Source: Nitrospirota bacterium (lineage in GTDB: Bacteria > Nitrospirota > UBA9217). From it: a stretch of 64,000 bases of DNA. The stretch is from assembly GCA_963818475.1 (NCBI GenBank), contig CAWFSF010000001.1, forward strand, positions 1 to 64,000. The letters run 5' to 3'. This document shows, piece after piece, positions 16,314 to 28,839 of this stretch (position 1 is its first letter; each line of letters starts with the position of its first letter). The notes below the pieces were generated by a model that saw only the letters and a list, made by a program, of their open reading frames with translations, had not been told where the DNA came from and did no database searches. The position numbers and the translations under genes were made by a program.

Positions 16314-17324
16314 TTAATTGATCCTCACGTCAAAGACGATGATCTGCTGGAGCGATGCCGCTGGTCAGATTTCCCAGCCTGACGGTGACCGTTCCCGGCG
16401 CCCCGACCAGCTCGCCGGCATCCGCGTCGGCGCTGTCGGTAAGCGCGCTGCCGTTCAGGCGCAGGGAACCGGCCGTGTAGGTCGTGTTGGCGGGAACGGG
16501 ATCGGTGATGACGAGGCCATTGGCAGTTGCCGCTGCCCGATAACCGATACCGTGAGCGTGTAGCGCAGCGTTGCGCCGGGCAGGGGCCGCGCGCCTCCGA
16601 ACTGGTCGATCACGGTCACGGCCTTGTTCACTGTCACGACGACATCGGAGACGGTAAAGGTCGCCCGATGCCGAATGCTTCCCGTCGCGCGATACCGTCG
16701 GCCGCCGCGGTGCCGGCCGTGTCCGCGAAGACCGCGTCGACTCCGGCGCTGTTCGGCCCTGCCGGTCGCCGCGGTCACGGTGGGGCTCCCTGCATCCACC
16801 GTCGTTGCCACAAGGTCGTAGACCGCGGTCTGGCCGTTGGTCTGAGCTGCCGGCGTGTCCGCCACGACGAGCACCGTGAGCGATGCGCCCGAGACGACAT
16901 CACCGAAGGTGGCCGCGTCGACATAGAGCGTATCCCCCGCATCCCAGAAGCCGGCCGTGGTGCCGTTGTCCCGGTAGATCCGCACGTTGTTCATATCGAA
17001 GCTGTCCGTCACCCGGGAGACGATCGAGAGCGCGTACCGCTGTGTCGTGTTGCCGAGGTTCGTGACCAGGAACGAGAGAGCCTGGTTCGCGGACCCGGAC
17101 ACGGCGGTTGCGTCCGCGTTCCTGGTAACGACGACGTTCACCTTGTTGTCCACGGTGAAGCTCGTCGAGCCCGACACGGAGATCTGGCTCACGCCGGACA
17201 GTTCGAAATCCACGGTGGCCGTGTTCGTGATGACCGTGCCCGACGGCGTGTTCGCCGCGACTACGATACCGGCCATCGCCAGGACCAGCATGCATGCCGG
17301 GAGCAGTTGTCGCATCAGTCTCAT
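16314..17324 (-). CDS. Secreted DUF11-family protein, putative minor pilin, paralog of 14536-15619 (frameshifted)
   Basis: Signal peptide; ANTPSGTVITNTATVDF..FTVDNKVN..NQALSFLVTNLGNT; C-terminal VTVNKAVTVID..PGATLRYTLTV..VITDPVP..QIIVFDVRIN*. Confidence 0.8.
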
Positions 17325-17341
17325 GGGTTCTCCCGTTTCCA

Positions 17342-20300
17342 TCATTTCACCTTCACCTCGAAACGCAGGGTAAAGGACGGCTGGTTCGGACCGGACGCGG
17401 CGGCCAGGGTACCGCCGAGCGAGACCTGGATGTTCGTGACGGCGCTGTCATAGCCGCTTCCGTCGGGGACCGGAGTATAGGTCCAGGTCGCGCCGTTGTC
17501 GTTGGAGAAGGCGATGTTGTCGGCTCCGCTCCCCAGTCCCAGGAACGAGTAAGAGAGACCGCTGGAGGCAGCGCCGTCGATGAACGCGACCGGTCCGGAA
17601 TCCGGCAGGCCGAGATCGTTGACAAAGAGCATCGTGTTCGGCGGAACGGGATCGGACACGACGACGGAGGAAGCGCTGCCCAGGCCCTGGTTCGTTACGC
17701 CCACGGAATACAGCATGACCGCCCCCGGGATCGCCTTGGGATTGGTGGCTCCGTTGTAAGGGTCGGATATGGGCTGAACGGACTTGACCATTACGATGTT
17801 CGGCAGGAGCGTCACCCGGAAGGTGCCGATGCCGGTGTCGGCCACGTTGTTCTCCGTTCCTTCGACCGCCCGCACCGACGCGGTCCAGAGTCCTTCGGGA
17901 CCGCCGGCCGGCACCGTGTAGGCGTACTCGAAGGTCTTGGTAAGCGTTCCCGAGTCCGCCACCTGGGTCATGGCTACCGGACCTGCTATCGTGTTGTTGC
18001 CCGGGTCCTTTATGGTGATCGTCGGGAGCGTTCCCGGAGCATTCGCATTGATGTCGTAGCTGCCGAAGGGGTCGCTCACGACAGCGCGCAGGTAGACCGT
18101 GCCGCCGCCGGAGTAGAAGGGAGCTGTTGTCGCGCCGGCATAGGGCGTGCTGTAGGGAAGGACGCTGTTCACGGAAATGACGGTCGTAGCGGGCAGCACC
18201 ACCCGGGAGAAGGCTCCGCCGCTCACCGGATGCACATAGAAGCGTGCGGGCGCCGGAATTGTTCAGAATCGTGAGCCGCCAGCTGCTGCCGCAGGTTTGG
18301 GCAGCCCCGAGCGGCAGGTTGTAGGTACAGGTGTTGGTCGCCGGTTCGATTGCCGCGCCGCAATTCTGACTGACCAGCGTCAGGGCCGCGCCGCCTGATG
18401 CACACTGCAGAGTTACCGTCAGACTGACATTGCCGGCGCTGCCGCTTCTGCCGGCTTGCAGGATCACAGGGACAACCGCGCTTACGGTTGGATCGATCGT
18501 CATGTTTCCCGCGGCAACCGGCGCCTGGTTCCAGACTGAGAGTCGCGCCCGGTCCGATCGCCGCCGAAGCAGGAACGCCGGTGGGCGGTGTGCGAGAGAG
18601 CGTGTACGTTGCGGCACTATAGAGGTATAGCGGCTTGTTTCCCGAAACAGCCACAACCGTCGCCGCAGGCGCCGTTACATTCGGACCGGCACCCACGGGC
18701 AGCGTGATCGAGGCCGTATTGTTGATGATGGTGCCTGCCGCGGCCGATCCGGAAACGGTCAGGTTGAAGACGATCGTGACGGAGCCGTTCGCGGGAACCG
18801 TGATGCCGGTGATGTTCAGATAACCGGTTCCATTGGTGCCCGTGCCGGCGCCGGTGGAGCTGTCCGTTGCCCCGGCCGGAACGGTTATGACCTGGAAATC
18901 GGAGATATTCGCGGGAATATTGTCCGTCACGGAAACACCGTACGCCGTAACGCCGGCAGTCTCGGTCAGGGTGATGGTGTACTGCAGGATGTCCCCTGCA
19001 TTCACACTGCCGCCGTTCAGGTCGGTCCAGGCCTTGTTCGAGGTGGATAAGATTCGGCGTCAGGACCGTGGTCGTGTCGGTCACGTCGTAGGGACGCACG
19101 ACCGGGCCGTATGAATTCGTGAACGTGAACGTGGCCCGGGTCACGATCTGGTCCGTGGTTCCTGACGGCGCCGTTGCGAGCACGGTATCCTTGACGAGAA
19201 GGCAGTACGGGAGTTCCGGCTGTGAGGCTGACCGTTCCGGCGACGCGCGACGTCGCCGCCGTCATAGGACCCGTTGCAGTTCACGTCCTGGTAATAGCGC
19301 GACGGCGGGCCAGGTCCCTCCTGGTCCTGCTGTTCGCGGCAAACGCTCGCCTGGCCGCCGCTGCGCCGGCGTGAAGGTATGGGCGTAATAGACCGCGGCC
19401 AGCTGACCGGCGGTCTGGGCCAGCGGCGTGGGCGCGAAGCGTGTGATCGGGCACATCGCTCAGCACCAGGCCCGGTCGTTTCCGTGCCCCGCGTGAAGGT
19501 GAAGGTCACGTACCTGCCGGAAAGATTTGACCGCTGAACCGGCTGCGTTCCCGGGGTTGTAATTGATGAGGGAGTAACCGGCCGGCATCGTCGTCTGGGT
19601 CACCCGCGCCGTCGGCAAAGTTCGTGGCCCAGGGAACGAAGAGCGAAAAATTGCCGTTGCCATCGGTCGTTTCGGTGTCGATCGCGGTACAGCTGCTGTT
19701 GTCGCAGATGCTGACCGACTGGCCCGCGATGCCGGGCTCGCCCGGCATTCTGGACGGCGTTGTTGGCATTCGCACCGGTCGCTCCGCCGTCGTCCTTCAG
19801 AACCGAGACCGTCGATGCGGGTGCCGTTGAACACGCCGAAGTTCTGGTTGACCAGGTCCGATCCGCCCACGACCACGTTCGAAAGCGTATAGTTCGCCGG
19901 ACTCGTCGACACCCACTGCGCGCTCGGGAAGGAGGGGTCGAAGTTCGTATTGTTCGTCGTGCTCAGAATGATCGTATAGGTGTCGCTCGTGGGCACGAGG
20001 GTGAACAGTGTAGGTACCCGCCGCCTGGTTCACGGTCGTGACCGTGAGCGCCGTGACCAGATTGCTCGACCGGAAGAGCTTGGCGTAGATCCCGGCGATG
20101 TTCGGGCTGTTCTCGCCGCCTTCACGGATGCCGTTGTGGTTCGCGTCGTTGTATACCATGCCGGATACGTTGACCGAAGGACCGGGCATGGCGACGGTGG
20201 TGGTGTCGGTCACCGTGGTACGTGCCGGTCACCGGGCCGACGGAGTTGGTGAACGTGAAGGTGGCGCGGGTCACGATCTGGTCCGTGGTGCCCAGCGTCG

Positions 20301-22620
20301 CCCCGGCGGGAATGGTGTCCTTGACCAGGATGCAGATCGACGTCCCGGCGTTCGCCGTGAGCGACGCCGGCAGCACGATATCGCTGCCGTCAAAGGTGCT
20401 GTTGCAGTTCACGTCCTGGTACAGGACGACCGCGGGCCAGCTGCCCTGGGTCCTGCTGGTCACGGCGAAGCTCGCCTGGCCGCCGCTGCCCGGGGTGAAC
20501 GTGTGGCCGTAATAGACCGCTGTGTTCGGAGCGCCGTTCTGGCTCAGCGGCGTCGGCGGTAAAGGTGTTGTCCGGGACATCGCCGAAGAGCACGTTCCTG
20601 TAGCCGCCCGTCGCGTTGTTGCCGTACAGCGTATAGGCAAAGGAGATGTATTCTCCGCCGATCGTGTAGGTCCCGCCGGTATTGCCGGCGTTGTAACTGA
20701 CCGAGAGATATCCTGCGCATTGGCCTCGTAGATCCGGAGCGTGGCGGTTGGTCAGTGTTCGTGAACAGAACGAAGTCGCCGCCGCTGCCCGTGGTTGTCG
20801 TATCGTAGAGTCGTAACCGCCGGTATTGTTCGCGAGCTCGCACCGTGACGCCGGCAGATGCCCGCTCTCGGCGGCGTTCAGGATGCCGTCGTTCGCATTG
20901 GCAGACGCGCCGTTGTACCCGTTGTCGTTGATCACCTTGCCTGAAATGCGGGAACCGTTGTAGACGCCGAAGTTCTGGTTCGTCAGGTTCGCGTTGGTCA
21001 CGCGACATCTGGACAGCGTGTAGTTGACCGGACTGGTGTAGATCCAGTTTGCGCTCGGGAACCCCGGCGTCGGGTTGGTGAGCGTATTGTTGTTGCTCAG
21101 GATGATCGTATAGGTATCGTAGGACGGCACGTTGTTGAAGGTGTAAGCGCCCGATGCCTGGGTGACCAGGACCGCCTGCAGCGGCCGTGGTCATGTCGCT
21201 CGACCGGAAGAGCTTGGCGTAGATGTTCGCGATGTTCGAGCTGTTCTCCCCGCCGTCGCGCGTCCCGTTATGGTTCGCGTCGCTGTAGACCGTGCCGGAG
21301 ATCGATACGGGGGCGCCGGTGACGGACGACGGTGGCTGTCGCGCTGTCGTTGGCGCTGTTGTAGTCCGTGATGCCGGCGGGCGGCGCGAGCGTCGCCGTG
21401 TTGGTGATCACGCTGCCGAGGGGCGCCGCGGCGCTCACCGTGCCCCTGATCGTGTAGCTGACGGAACCGTTGAACGGAAGGGTCGCGGTCGTATTCAGAT
21501 TTCCCGAGCCCGAAGCCGCTCCGCAGGTGCCGCCGTTCGCCCCGGCGCAGGTCCAGGTGGCGCCGGTCACGAGCGCCGGGATGGTGTCCGTGATCGGGAC
21601 GTTCGTCGCGGTCGTGTTGGCAGGACCGTAGTTGCGGGCAGTGATCGTGTACGTGATCGGTCCGCCGGCGGTGACCGAGGGGGACGAGACGACTTTCGTT
21701 ATGGCGAGATCGATGTCCGTCTGGAGCGGATCGATGACCAGGTTCCTGATCTCGTGATAGTTCGTGGACCCGCCCGTGCTTGCCGCATAGCCGATCTTGA
21801 CGGAAGCCGGGACCGGCCGGGCCACATTGAGGCCGGTGACGACCGGCGTCAGCGGCTGGTTGTACCCGAACTGCACATAGGTATCGACGCGCAGATAGTT
21901 GGGCGCCGCCACCGGCGTCAGGTAGATCACGACCTTGCGGTACTGAACGCCGGACTGCATGGGCCGGTAGAGCTGGTTGTTGAAGGCAAGCTGCTGGGCA
22001 AGAGTGCCCGAGCCCCCAAGCCAGTAGTATGCACCCGGAGGGATGGTTGTAGGGACCGCTGCACGCCGACCTCGTTCGCCTGCTGCCCGGGTCCGCCCAG
22101 ACGGCCTTCGTACGGATTCGAATAGTTCCCGTACTCGTCGATGCCGACGCCGATATAGCCGCCGGTCAATCCCACGTCATCGTCGATCCAGCCGAGCTGC
22201 CACAGTACTTCTGTGCATAGCCGAGCGACCCGCCCGAAGCGCCGGCCGAGAAGGTGGTTGCGTCGTAGGACCCGTCGAACAGGAAGATGCTGTAACCGTC
22301 GGCGCCGTTCCCGCCCCAGGTCGCGTAGTCGAACTGGATGACCACGCCCTGGGAAATGTCGAAGGGCGAGTCGAAGAAGGCGAACCCGGCCTGGTCGTTC
22401 AGGGGTTCGGTCAGGCGCAGCCAGCCGTTGCCTGGCCGGATCGACGCCGGTGCTGGCGGACAGATAGGCACTTCCGCCGATGACCCATCCCGGCGCGGTC
22501 GAACCCGTCATCGGCTCGTTCACGATGGCGGCGCATGCGTGCGCCGGAGAACACCGTCACGGCAGCGAGAAGAACGCACGGCAGGATGAATGCGGCGGGT
22601 ATGTGGGATATTCTTTTCAT
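17342..22620 (-). CDS. ~1750-aa secreted adhesin: L-type lectin-like domain, DUF11, two SdrD-B-like-containing repeats, DUF11, C-terminal DUF11 (multiple frameshifts)
   Basis: Signal peptide; [23 protein letters not shown] and [17 protein letters not shown] (lectin); [34 protein letters not shown]; [13 protein letters not shown]; final [28 protein letters not shown]. Confidence 0.8.
19060..21320 (-). repeat. Two-copy intragenic repeat, period ~1.13 kb
   Basis: [15 protein letters not shown]-encoding block at ~19140 and ~20270; IYAKLFRSS-encoding block at ~20075 and ~21210. Confidence 0.85.
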
Positions 22621-23074
22621 CTCGGTCGGTCTGAGTTATGCTTCCCGCACTCTGATCGCGATATCTTCATCGTGACCGGCCGCAGAGCCAGGCTTCCGGC
22701 ATACCGCTCTACGATCTCGAGGAATTCCTGCGCCCGCACCGGCTTGCTCAGGTAGCCGTTCATGCCCGGCACTTCAGGCACTCGGTCGGGCCGCTCTGAA
22801 GCGATCCGCTGTCGTCGCCGGCCGATACTGCCAGGATCGGGACATCGTGCCGCCGCACGGCCGAGGCGTTGCTCCTGATGATCCTTGCCGCTTCTATGCC
22901 GCTCATGACCGGCATCTGAACGTCCATCAGGACCAGGTCGAAGTCCTCCTGCTCAAGCTGCTCGATGGCGGCCTGGCCGTTCTCGACGGTCCTGACCTCG
23001 TGACCGCGCTTTTCCAGCATTCTGCCGGCCAGCATCAGGTTCGTCCTGGTATCGTCTGCGATCAAAACCTTCAT
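22617..23074 (-). CDS. Stand-alone receiver domain protein (frameshift near 22770), first gene of the DUF11 operon
   Basis: MKVLIADD, LVLMDVQMPVMSG, GMNGYLSKP; stop overlaps the adhesin ATG (ATGA). Confidence 0.85.
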
Positions 23075-23156
23075 GAATTCGACCTCATGCAAAACAAAAA
23101 AATCAAAGAAATTGTAACAGAAGAATAGACTAGTTGCAATTTCTGACTACTAAAGT

Positions 23157-23172
23157 TGCAAATACTGAACCA
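23157..23172 (-). promoter_or_regulatory. Candidate sigma54 (-24/-12) promoter of the DUF11 operon
   Basis: TGGTTCAGTATTTGCA (GG-N10-GC) ~80 nt upstream of ATG 23074; AT-rich spacer and GGGAAAAGTTCCC palindrome further upstream. Confidence 0.6.
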
Positions 23173-23307
23173 CATGCAAATTATTGTTTTTTAAGAGGTT
23201 GATATTTTGGGAGGGTGAGAAAAGAGAGGTAAAATTTACCGCCTGACTGGGAAAAGTTCCCTGTTCGAGGCGAAGGGAGTACCAGAATTTTTGGGGAAAA
23301 AGGCGTG

Positions 23308-24651
23308 CTACTCGATGCGAGTGTTCCGTCATTTTGGTTCGCAGCGTCTTGATGTCGATCTGAAGAAGTTCGGCAGCCTTGGCCTTGTTGCCGTTCGTCG
23401 CTGCAAGGGTCTTCCGGATCAGCTTCCTTTCGACGCCGCTCACCGCCTGACGAAGCGGCATCAGCTCTATTTCCTCGCCGGTGTCGCTGTTGCCCGAGAA
23501 GGAAATCGACGTGATCAGGCCCGATCTCGCTGTCTCCGGACATGAGCGCCGCCCGCCGGACCACATTCTTCAGTTCCCGGAGATTGCCGGGCCACGGGTG
23601 GCGCAGCATCCGGTCCACGGCTGCAGGGCTGATCGACTTGGGCGGGATCTTGAGCTCCGAGACCGCGTTGTCGAGGAACATGCTGATGAAATGAGGGATA
23701 TCGTCCCTGCGCTCGCGCAGGGGAGGCAGGGTTATGATGAACTCTCCCAGGCGGAAGAAGAGGTCTTCGCGGAATTTGCCCGCCTGAACCTGCTTCTGCA
23801 GGTCGGTGTTCGTCGCGGCCATGAACCGGACGTCGAGCTCTATGGGCTTTCTGCTGCCCAGCCGGAAGGTCTCCCTGCTCTCGATCACCGAAAGAAGCTT
23901 GCTTTGCACCTGCGGCGCTTATGTTCTCCAGGTCGTCGAGGAAGGCGGTCCCGCCCGCGGCCGCCTCGAAGAACCCCTCCCGCGCCTGGACCGCTCCGGT
24001 GAACGCCCCCTTTTCATAGCCGAAGAGCTCGCCCTCGATGATGCTTTCCGCCATGGACCCCAGGTCGATCTTCATGAAGATGCGGGCGGCCCGGCCGCTG
24101 AGGTTGTGCAGGATCTTGGCCAGCAGGGTTTTTCCCGTGCCCGTCTCTCCCTGGATGATCACCGAAAAATCCGTCACTGCCACCTGTTTCAGCTGTTCGG
24201 CGATCCGCTTCATGGCCGGCGCCTTTCCCATGAACCGCTCGAGCGACGCATTCTCGGCGATATGCAGCCGCAGCAGTTCCCGATCGAGCCGGTGTTTTTC
24301 CAGCGCTCGCTTCACGGTCATGATCAGTTTGCCCGGCTCCACCGGCTTGACCAGAAAATCGTAAGCGCCGAGCTTCATGGTCTCCACCGCCGAGGAGATG
24401 TCGCCCCGTCCCGTGGCGATGATGACCGGGACCGAGGCGTCGAGGTCCTTCAGGGCGCGGATCGTGTCGAGCCCGTTCATGACCGGCATCATGATATCCA
24501 GGATCACCGCCGACGGCGCCTCCCTGCGGAAGGCTTCAAGCGCCTGGAGGCCGTCAACGGCCTGGATCACCTGCACGCCTTCTTTTTCGAGGATCCTGGC
24601 CAGGGTCACTCTCGTGACCTTCTCGTCTTCCGCGATCAGAACTTTGTCCAT
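23308..24651 (-). CDS. NtrC/AtoC-family sigma54-dependent response regulator (frameshifted)
   Basis: Receiver, GETGTGKT Walker A, ELFGYEKGAFTGA, WPGNLRELKN, C-terminal Fis HTH (GNKAKAAELLQID). Confidence 0.95.
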
Positions 24652-24797
24652 CCAATGCTCCCTTAAAAAATCCTGTATGTCCGGTGCGTTTTTTAGTATG
24701 AAATAACTATAGCATAGACCTCGCGAGAGGCACAACTGCTTTGTACAAAACCTTACTGCGCAGGCGGCCTGATCTGCGCGTTCTGCGGAAGGAATTT

Positions 24798-27378
24798 ATG
24801 TACTATACGCCCTTCAGCGTTCCCTTCTTTTTTTCGGCGGTTATCCTGTGCGGCATGGGGTTATATGCGTGGAACATCATGCGCAACGACCGGATCGGCA
24901 TCGCCTTCGGCGCCGTCCTGTACCTTGCCGCCTTCTGGGCGGTCATCCAGGGCATGGACATGATGACCCTCGATCCGTCGTTGAAGCTGATCTGGTTCAG
25001 AATGCGTCCGCCGGTCATCGAACTGCTGAGCATCAGCATCCTGATCCTGACCGTCAGGTACACCCTGCACGATGCGTTGTTCAGTCCGGCTCGCCTGGCA
25101 GCGCTTATGCTGGTTCCGCTTTCGACCGCCGTCATTCTCTGGACGGACAGCCTGCAACCGCTGTTCCTGCGCGCTTCGGTCGTGAACAGCGAAGGCGCCC
25201 TTTCCGATTCTGCTCTTGAAAAACGGCCCCTGGTTCTGGGTGCACGCGGCCTTTTGCTACGGGCTGCACGCGTTTGCCCTCGCGCTGCTGGTGAGCTCCC
25301 TGTCCAAGGCCCGCGCCCTGTACTATCGTCCCACGATGCTCATCATCGGCGGCATCCTGTGTTCGCTCCTCGGCGATATACTCTTTTCCTTCAGGATCAA
25401 CCCGCTCGAGGGTTTCGATTCCGCATCGTCCACCATGGTCGTGATCGGTCCCCTCGCGGCGTGGGTCATGTTCGGCCATCGGATGTTCGACCTTGTGCCC
25501 ATCGCCCACAACCACGTCGCCGAAAAAATCAGTGCCGGCATTATCGTACTGAATTGCGAAAACAGGATCGTGGACCTGAATCAGGCCGCTGCCCGCACCA
25601 TCGGGCCGGGAGCGGCGTCAGCCATAGGGCGGCCGGCCGACCAGGTACTGGCGTGGTCCGACCTGCTCGGGCGTTACGGGGACGGGGATTCGGGACGGGA
25701 AGAAATCGCGGCCGAGGAAAAGGGGACGCGAAAATATTACGACCTCTCGCTCTCCCCGATCACGAGCGATCAGGGGAAAATCCTGGGCCGCCTGATCCTG
25801 CTTCATGATATCAGCGACCTCAGGTATTCGAAGGAAGCACTCGAGGCCGCCAGCAGGTCGAAGTCGGCCTTCCTCGCCAATACGAGCCATGAAATCCGCA
25901 CGCCGTTGAATGCGATTATGGGCTTCACCGACCTGGTCCTCGGCACCGAGCTGAACGCCGAGCAGCGCGCCCATCTGGATATCGTAAAATCCTCCTCGGA
26001 AACGCTCCTGGTCATCCTCAACGATATCGTCGACGCGGCAAAGATAGAGGCGGGGAAAATTACGCTCGAGGAGGTGGATTTCAACATCCGCTGCCTTGTC
26101 GACGGAATCATGCAATCGCTCTCGCTCCAGGCCGAGGCCAAACGGCTGACGCTGGTGCATTCCGTCGCTCCCGCTGTCCCGCTCTTCCTCCGGGGAGACC
26201 CGGTCAGGCTGAAACAGGTCCTGCTGAATCTCATGGACAACGCGTTAAAATTCACGGAAAAGGGGAAGATTTCCCTCTCCGTCGACGCCGCCGCGGCAGA
26301 GCCGAGCAGGCAAGAGGCAGGGAAGGTCGCGCTGCTCTGCTGCGTTCGGGATACGGGCATCGGCATCCCTCCGGGGAAGCAGAGCTGCATCTTCCAGAGC
26401 TTTACCCAGGCGGACAGCACCATTACCAGGAAGTACGGCGGAGCAGGCCTGGGGCTCAGCATTTCCCGGGAATTGGTCCGGTTGATGGGAGGAGAGCTGA
26501 CGGTCGAGAGCGAGGAGGGCAGAGGGAGTTCCTTCTGCTTCACGGCTGTTCTAAAGTCGGGCAGGGAAGTCCCCGCTACGGTCACCCCCGGAGAGACGCG
26601 GGAAGCCGGGAAAAGCAGCTCTATTCTCCTCGCCGAGGATGTTGCGGTCAGCAGCAAGCTGATCGTGCACCTGCTCGAGGAACGCGGGCTGCGGGTAACG
26701 GCGGTCGGGAACGGCCGGGAGGCCGTCGAGGCCCTGGAACGGGAGAAGTTCGATCTCGTCCTCATGGACGACCGCATGCCCGGCCTCGACGGGTGCGAGG
26801 CGACACGGATAATCAGGGACCGGGCCTCGTCCGTGCTGCGCCACGATGTGCCCGTCATCGCATTGAGCGCCAATGTGCTCGGCAGCGACCGGAAACGGTT
26901 CAGGGAGGCGGGCATGAACGACTGCCTTCCGAAGCCGGTCCGGGCGGACGATCTTGCCGCACTCGTGGATCGCTACGTCCCCGGCGGCAGCCGCGACAGC
27001 TCTTCAATTGCCGCGCCCGGTCCGGAAACGGCGGGCGTGCAGTCGAGCCTGCTGGCGGCGATGAGGGCGGAGATCATGGAGCGGTACGCGGGAGATGAGC
27101 AACTGGTCGACGAACTGCTGCTTCTGTTCGGACAGGAGATCCAGGGCATCGCCAGGAGTCTCGGCGAGGCATATGCCGCGGGCGACCGGGCGGGTCTGGA
27201 ACTCCAGGCTCATTCATGCAAGAGCGCCGCGGGTTCCGTGGGATTCCGCACGCTGGCCGACCTTGCCGCCGCCGTTGAACAGGCGGCCAGGACGAACGAT
27301 CTGCCGGGAGCCGGAACCCGGTTGAAACTGCTTGAACAGGAAGTCCGGCGCTTCCTCAACGAGGCCCCCGCGCCCTGA
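24798..27378 (+). CDS. Hybrid sensor histidine kinase: N-terminal 7TM, PAS, HisKA, HATPase, receiver, Hpt (frameshift near 25210)
   Basis: Hydrophobic N-terminus, FLANTSHEIRTPLN, GDPVRLKQVLLNL, GAGLGL, LVLMD, AHSCKSAAGSVG. Confidence 0.92.
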
Positions 27379-27397
27379 CCCCGGAAACCTTCTTACT

Positions 27398-27495
27398 TTG
27401 GCAGATCCGTAAAAAGCCGGATTTTACCGCGAAGTCGCAGAGGGCGCGGAGGTGGATTTGACTTATTGCCGCGCCCTCTGCTTTACGAGTGGCAA
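27398..27495. repeat. MITE/REP-like palindromic element
   Basis: ..CCGTAAAAAGCC left end, inner stem GCAGAGGGCGCGG/CCGCGCCCTCTGC, TTTACG right end; lies between convergent genes. Confidence 0.55.
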
Positions 27496-27566
27496 CGCGA
27501 ATCTTGCCCCGGTGTTCATGAGTGCGCAGCGCTGTCTGTTTGAATTCCATTTACCCTCCCCCTGCT

Positions 27567-27866
27567 TCACTTCGCTCCCAGGTCCCTCTTGTTGCGTTGT
27601 TCATGCTCCTTCTCGCTGCTGCACCCGCAGGCGGAGAAGATAAGGCTGTCTATGTCGACTCCGTTATACCCGCCCGCCGGGCCGTCGCACTCGACCCCGG
27701 TCCCTTCCATCAGGATGCAGGTGACCGGGAGACGGTTGTTGGAACAGACCCCCTTGACCCCCTTGAAACTGCCGACCTGGACCTTTTCGTCGTTCATGAT
27801 GACGCACTGGGCCGCCGGCTCGGACATGAGGAGCACGGCGGCAACGATGACGGTGATAGTGCTCAT
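27567..27866 (-). CDS. Small secreted Cys-rich hypothetical protein (99 aa)
   Basis: MSTITVIVAAVLL signal-like start overlapping the upstream stop (ATGA); six Cys. Confidence 0.6.
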   Translation of the reverse strand: MSTITVIVAAVLLMSEPAAQCVIMNDEKVQVGSFKGVKGVCSNNRLPVTCILMEGTGVECDGPAGGYNGVDIDSLIFSACGCSSEKEHEQRNKRDLGAK

Positions 27867-28814
27867 GGCGGCGATCCTCCGTCGCTCTTCCGGCCCGGGC
27901 TCAGCATGCGCACGTCGAAGGGGATGCCCTTGCCGTTGTCGCGGGCCAGGATGATGGCATGGTTCGGGCATACGGTCTCGCAAACGCCGCAGCCCATGCA
28001 GCGCTCCCAATTCACTGCGGCGATACCCCCGCCGGCTACGGCATCGAAGGGGCAGGACTTCGCGCACGAACCGCAGCCGGCGCAGGCGGCCCCATTCACC
28101 ACGGCCACGTAGCCCGAGGGCGCAACCGACGGCATGCGATAGCGAAGCATCCCTTCCAGGCCGCCGCAACAGCAGCTGCAGCAATTGCAGATGGCGTAGA
28201 AGCGTTCAAGCATCAGGTCCTTGAACCAGGCCACATGGACATGGCCCCGCGCATGCTCCTGCCGCAGCAGCTCCAGCGCCTCCGCCCGCTCAAGCCTGCG
28301 GCTCGTGGCCGGATGGTGCTCAAGGACGAATTCCGTAAAGGGCCGGCCGATGACCATACAGACCTGCGTCGGCAGGCAGGGATTTTTTCGCGCGCTCCGG
28401 CAGACGCATTCGTAGGCGACCACGTCGGGCGGGCCGTCCAGGACCAGGCTTCGGGCCGTGGGATAAGGAATAATCTGTTCGAGATCGCGACGCTCTATGC
28501 GCCGGTTCAGCGTGATGATGGCCCGCGCATGTTCGTGCGTGAGCACCTTGCCGTGATAAGCGTCGGCCCATTTTTCTCTTTGCGCGCGCGTGGACCGCGG
28601 CAGGCCCCGGTTGATGGCGAGGTTGATGTAAGCCCTGGTCCAGCGCAGATAGACGTAGGCATGGAGCGCTCTTCAGGTTCAGCAGGTTTGCCAGACCTTG
28701 TTCCCGGAAGAGCCGGAACGTGGAGCGCCTGGGCAGGAGAGCGCCCTCCGCAAGGAGCAGGCCGAGGAGGACGGCTCCTGCCGCTGCGACCCCTATCAGG
28801 CCCAGGTTGTCCAT
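27863..28814 (-). CDS. Membrane-anchored 4Fe-4S dicluster protein (frameshifted)
   Basis: N-terminal TM; CVCR, ICNCCSCCCG, CAGCGSCAKSCP, CMGCGVCETVCP. Confidence 0.85.
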
Positions 28815-28839
28815 GCAATTCTCCGGTTCCGCGGCGCGG

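Noticed and set aside
27567-28184. 205-aa minus-strand ORF as annotated
   Set aside because: Its first half overlaps the 4Fe-4S gene in another frame; only the part from ATG 27866 is plausible.
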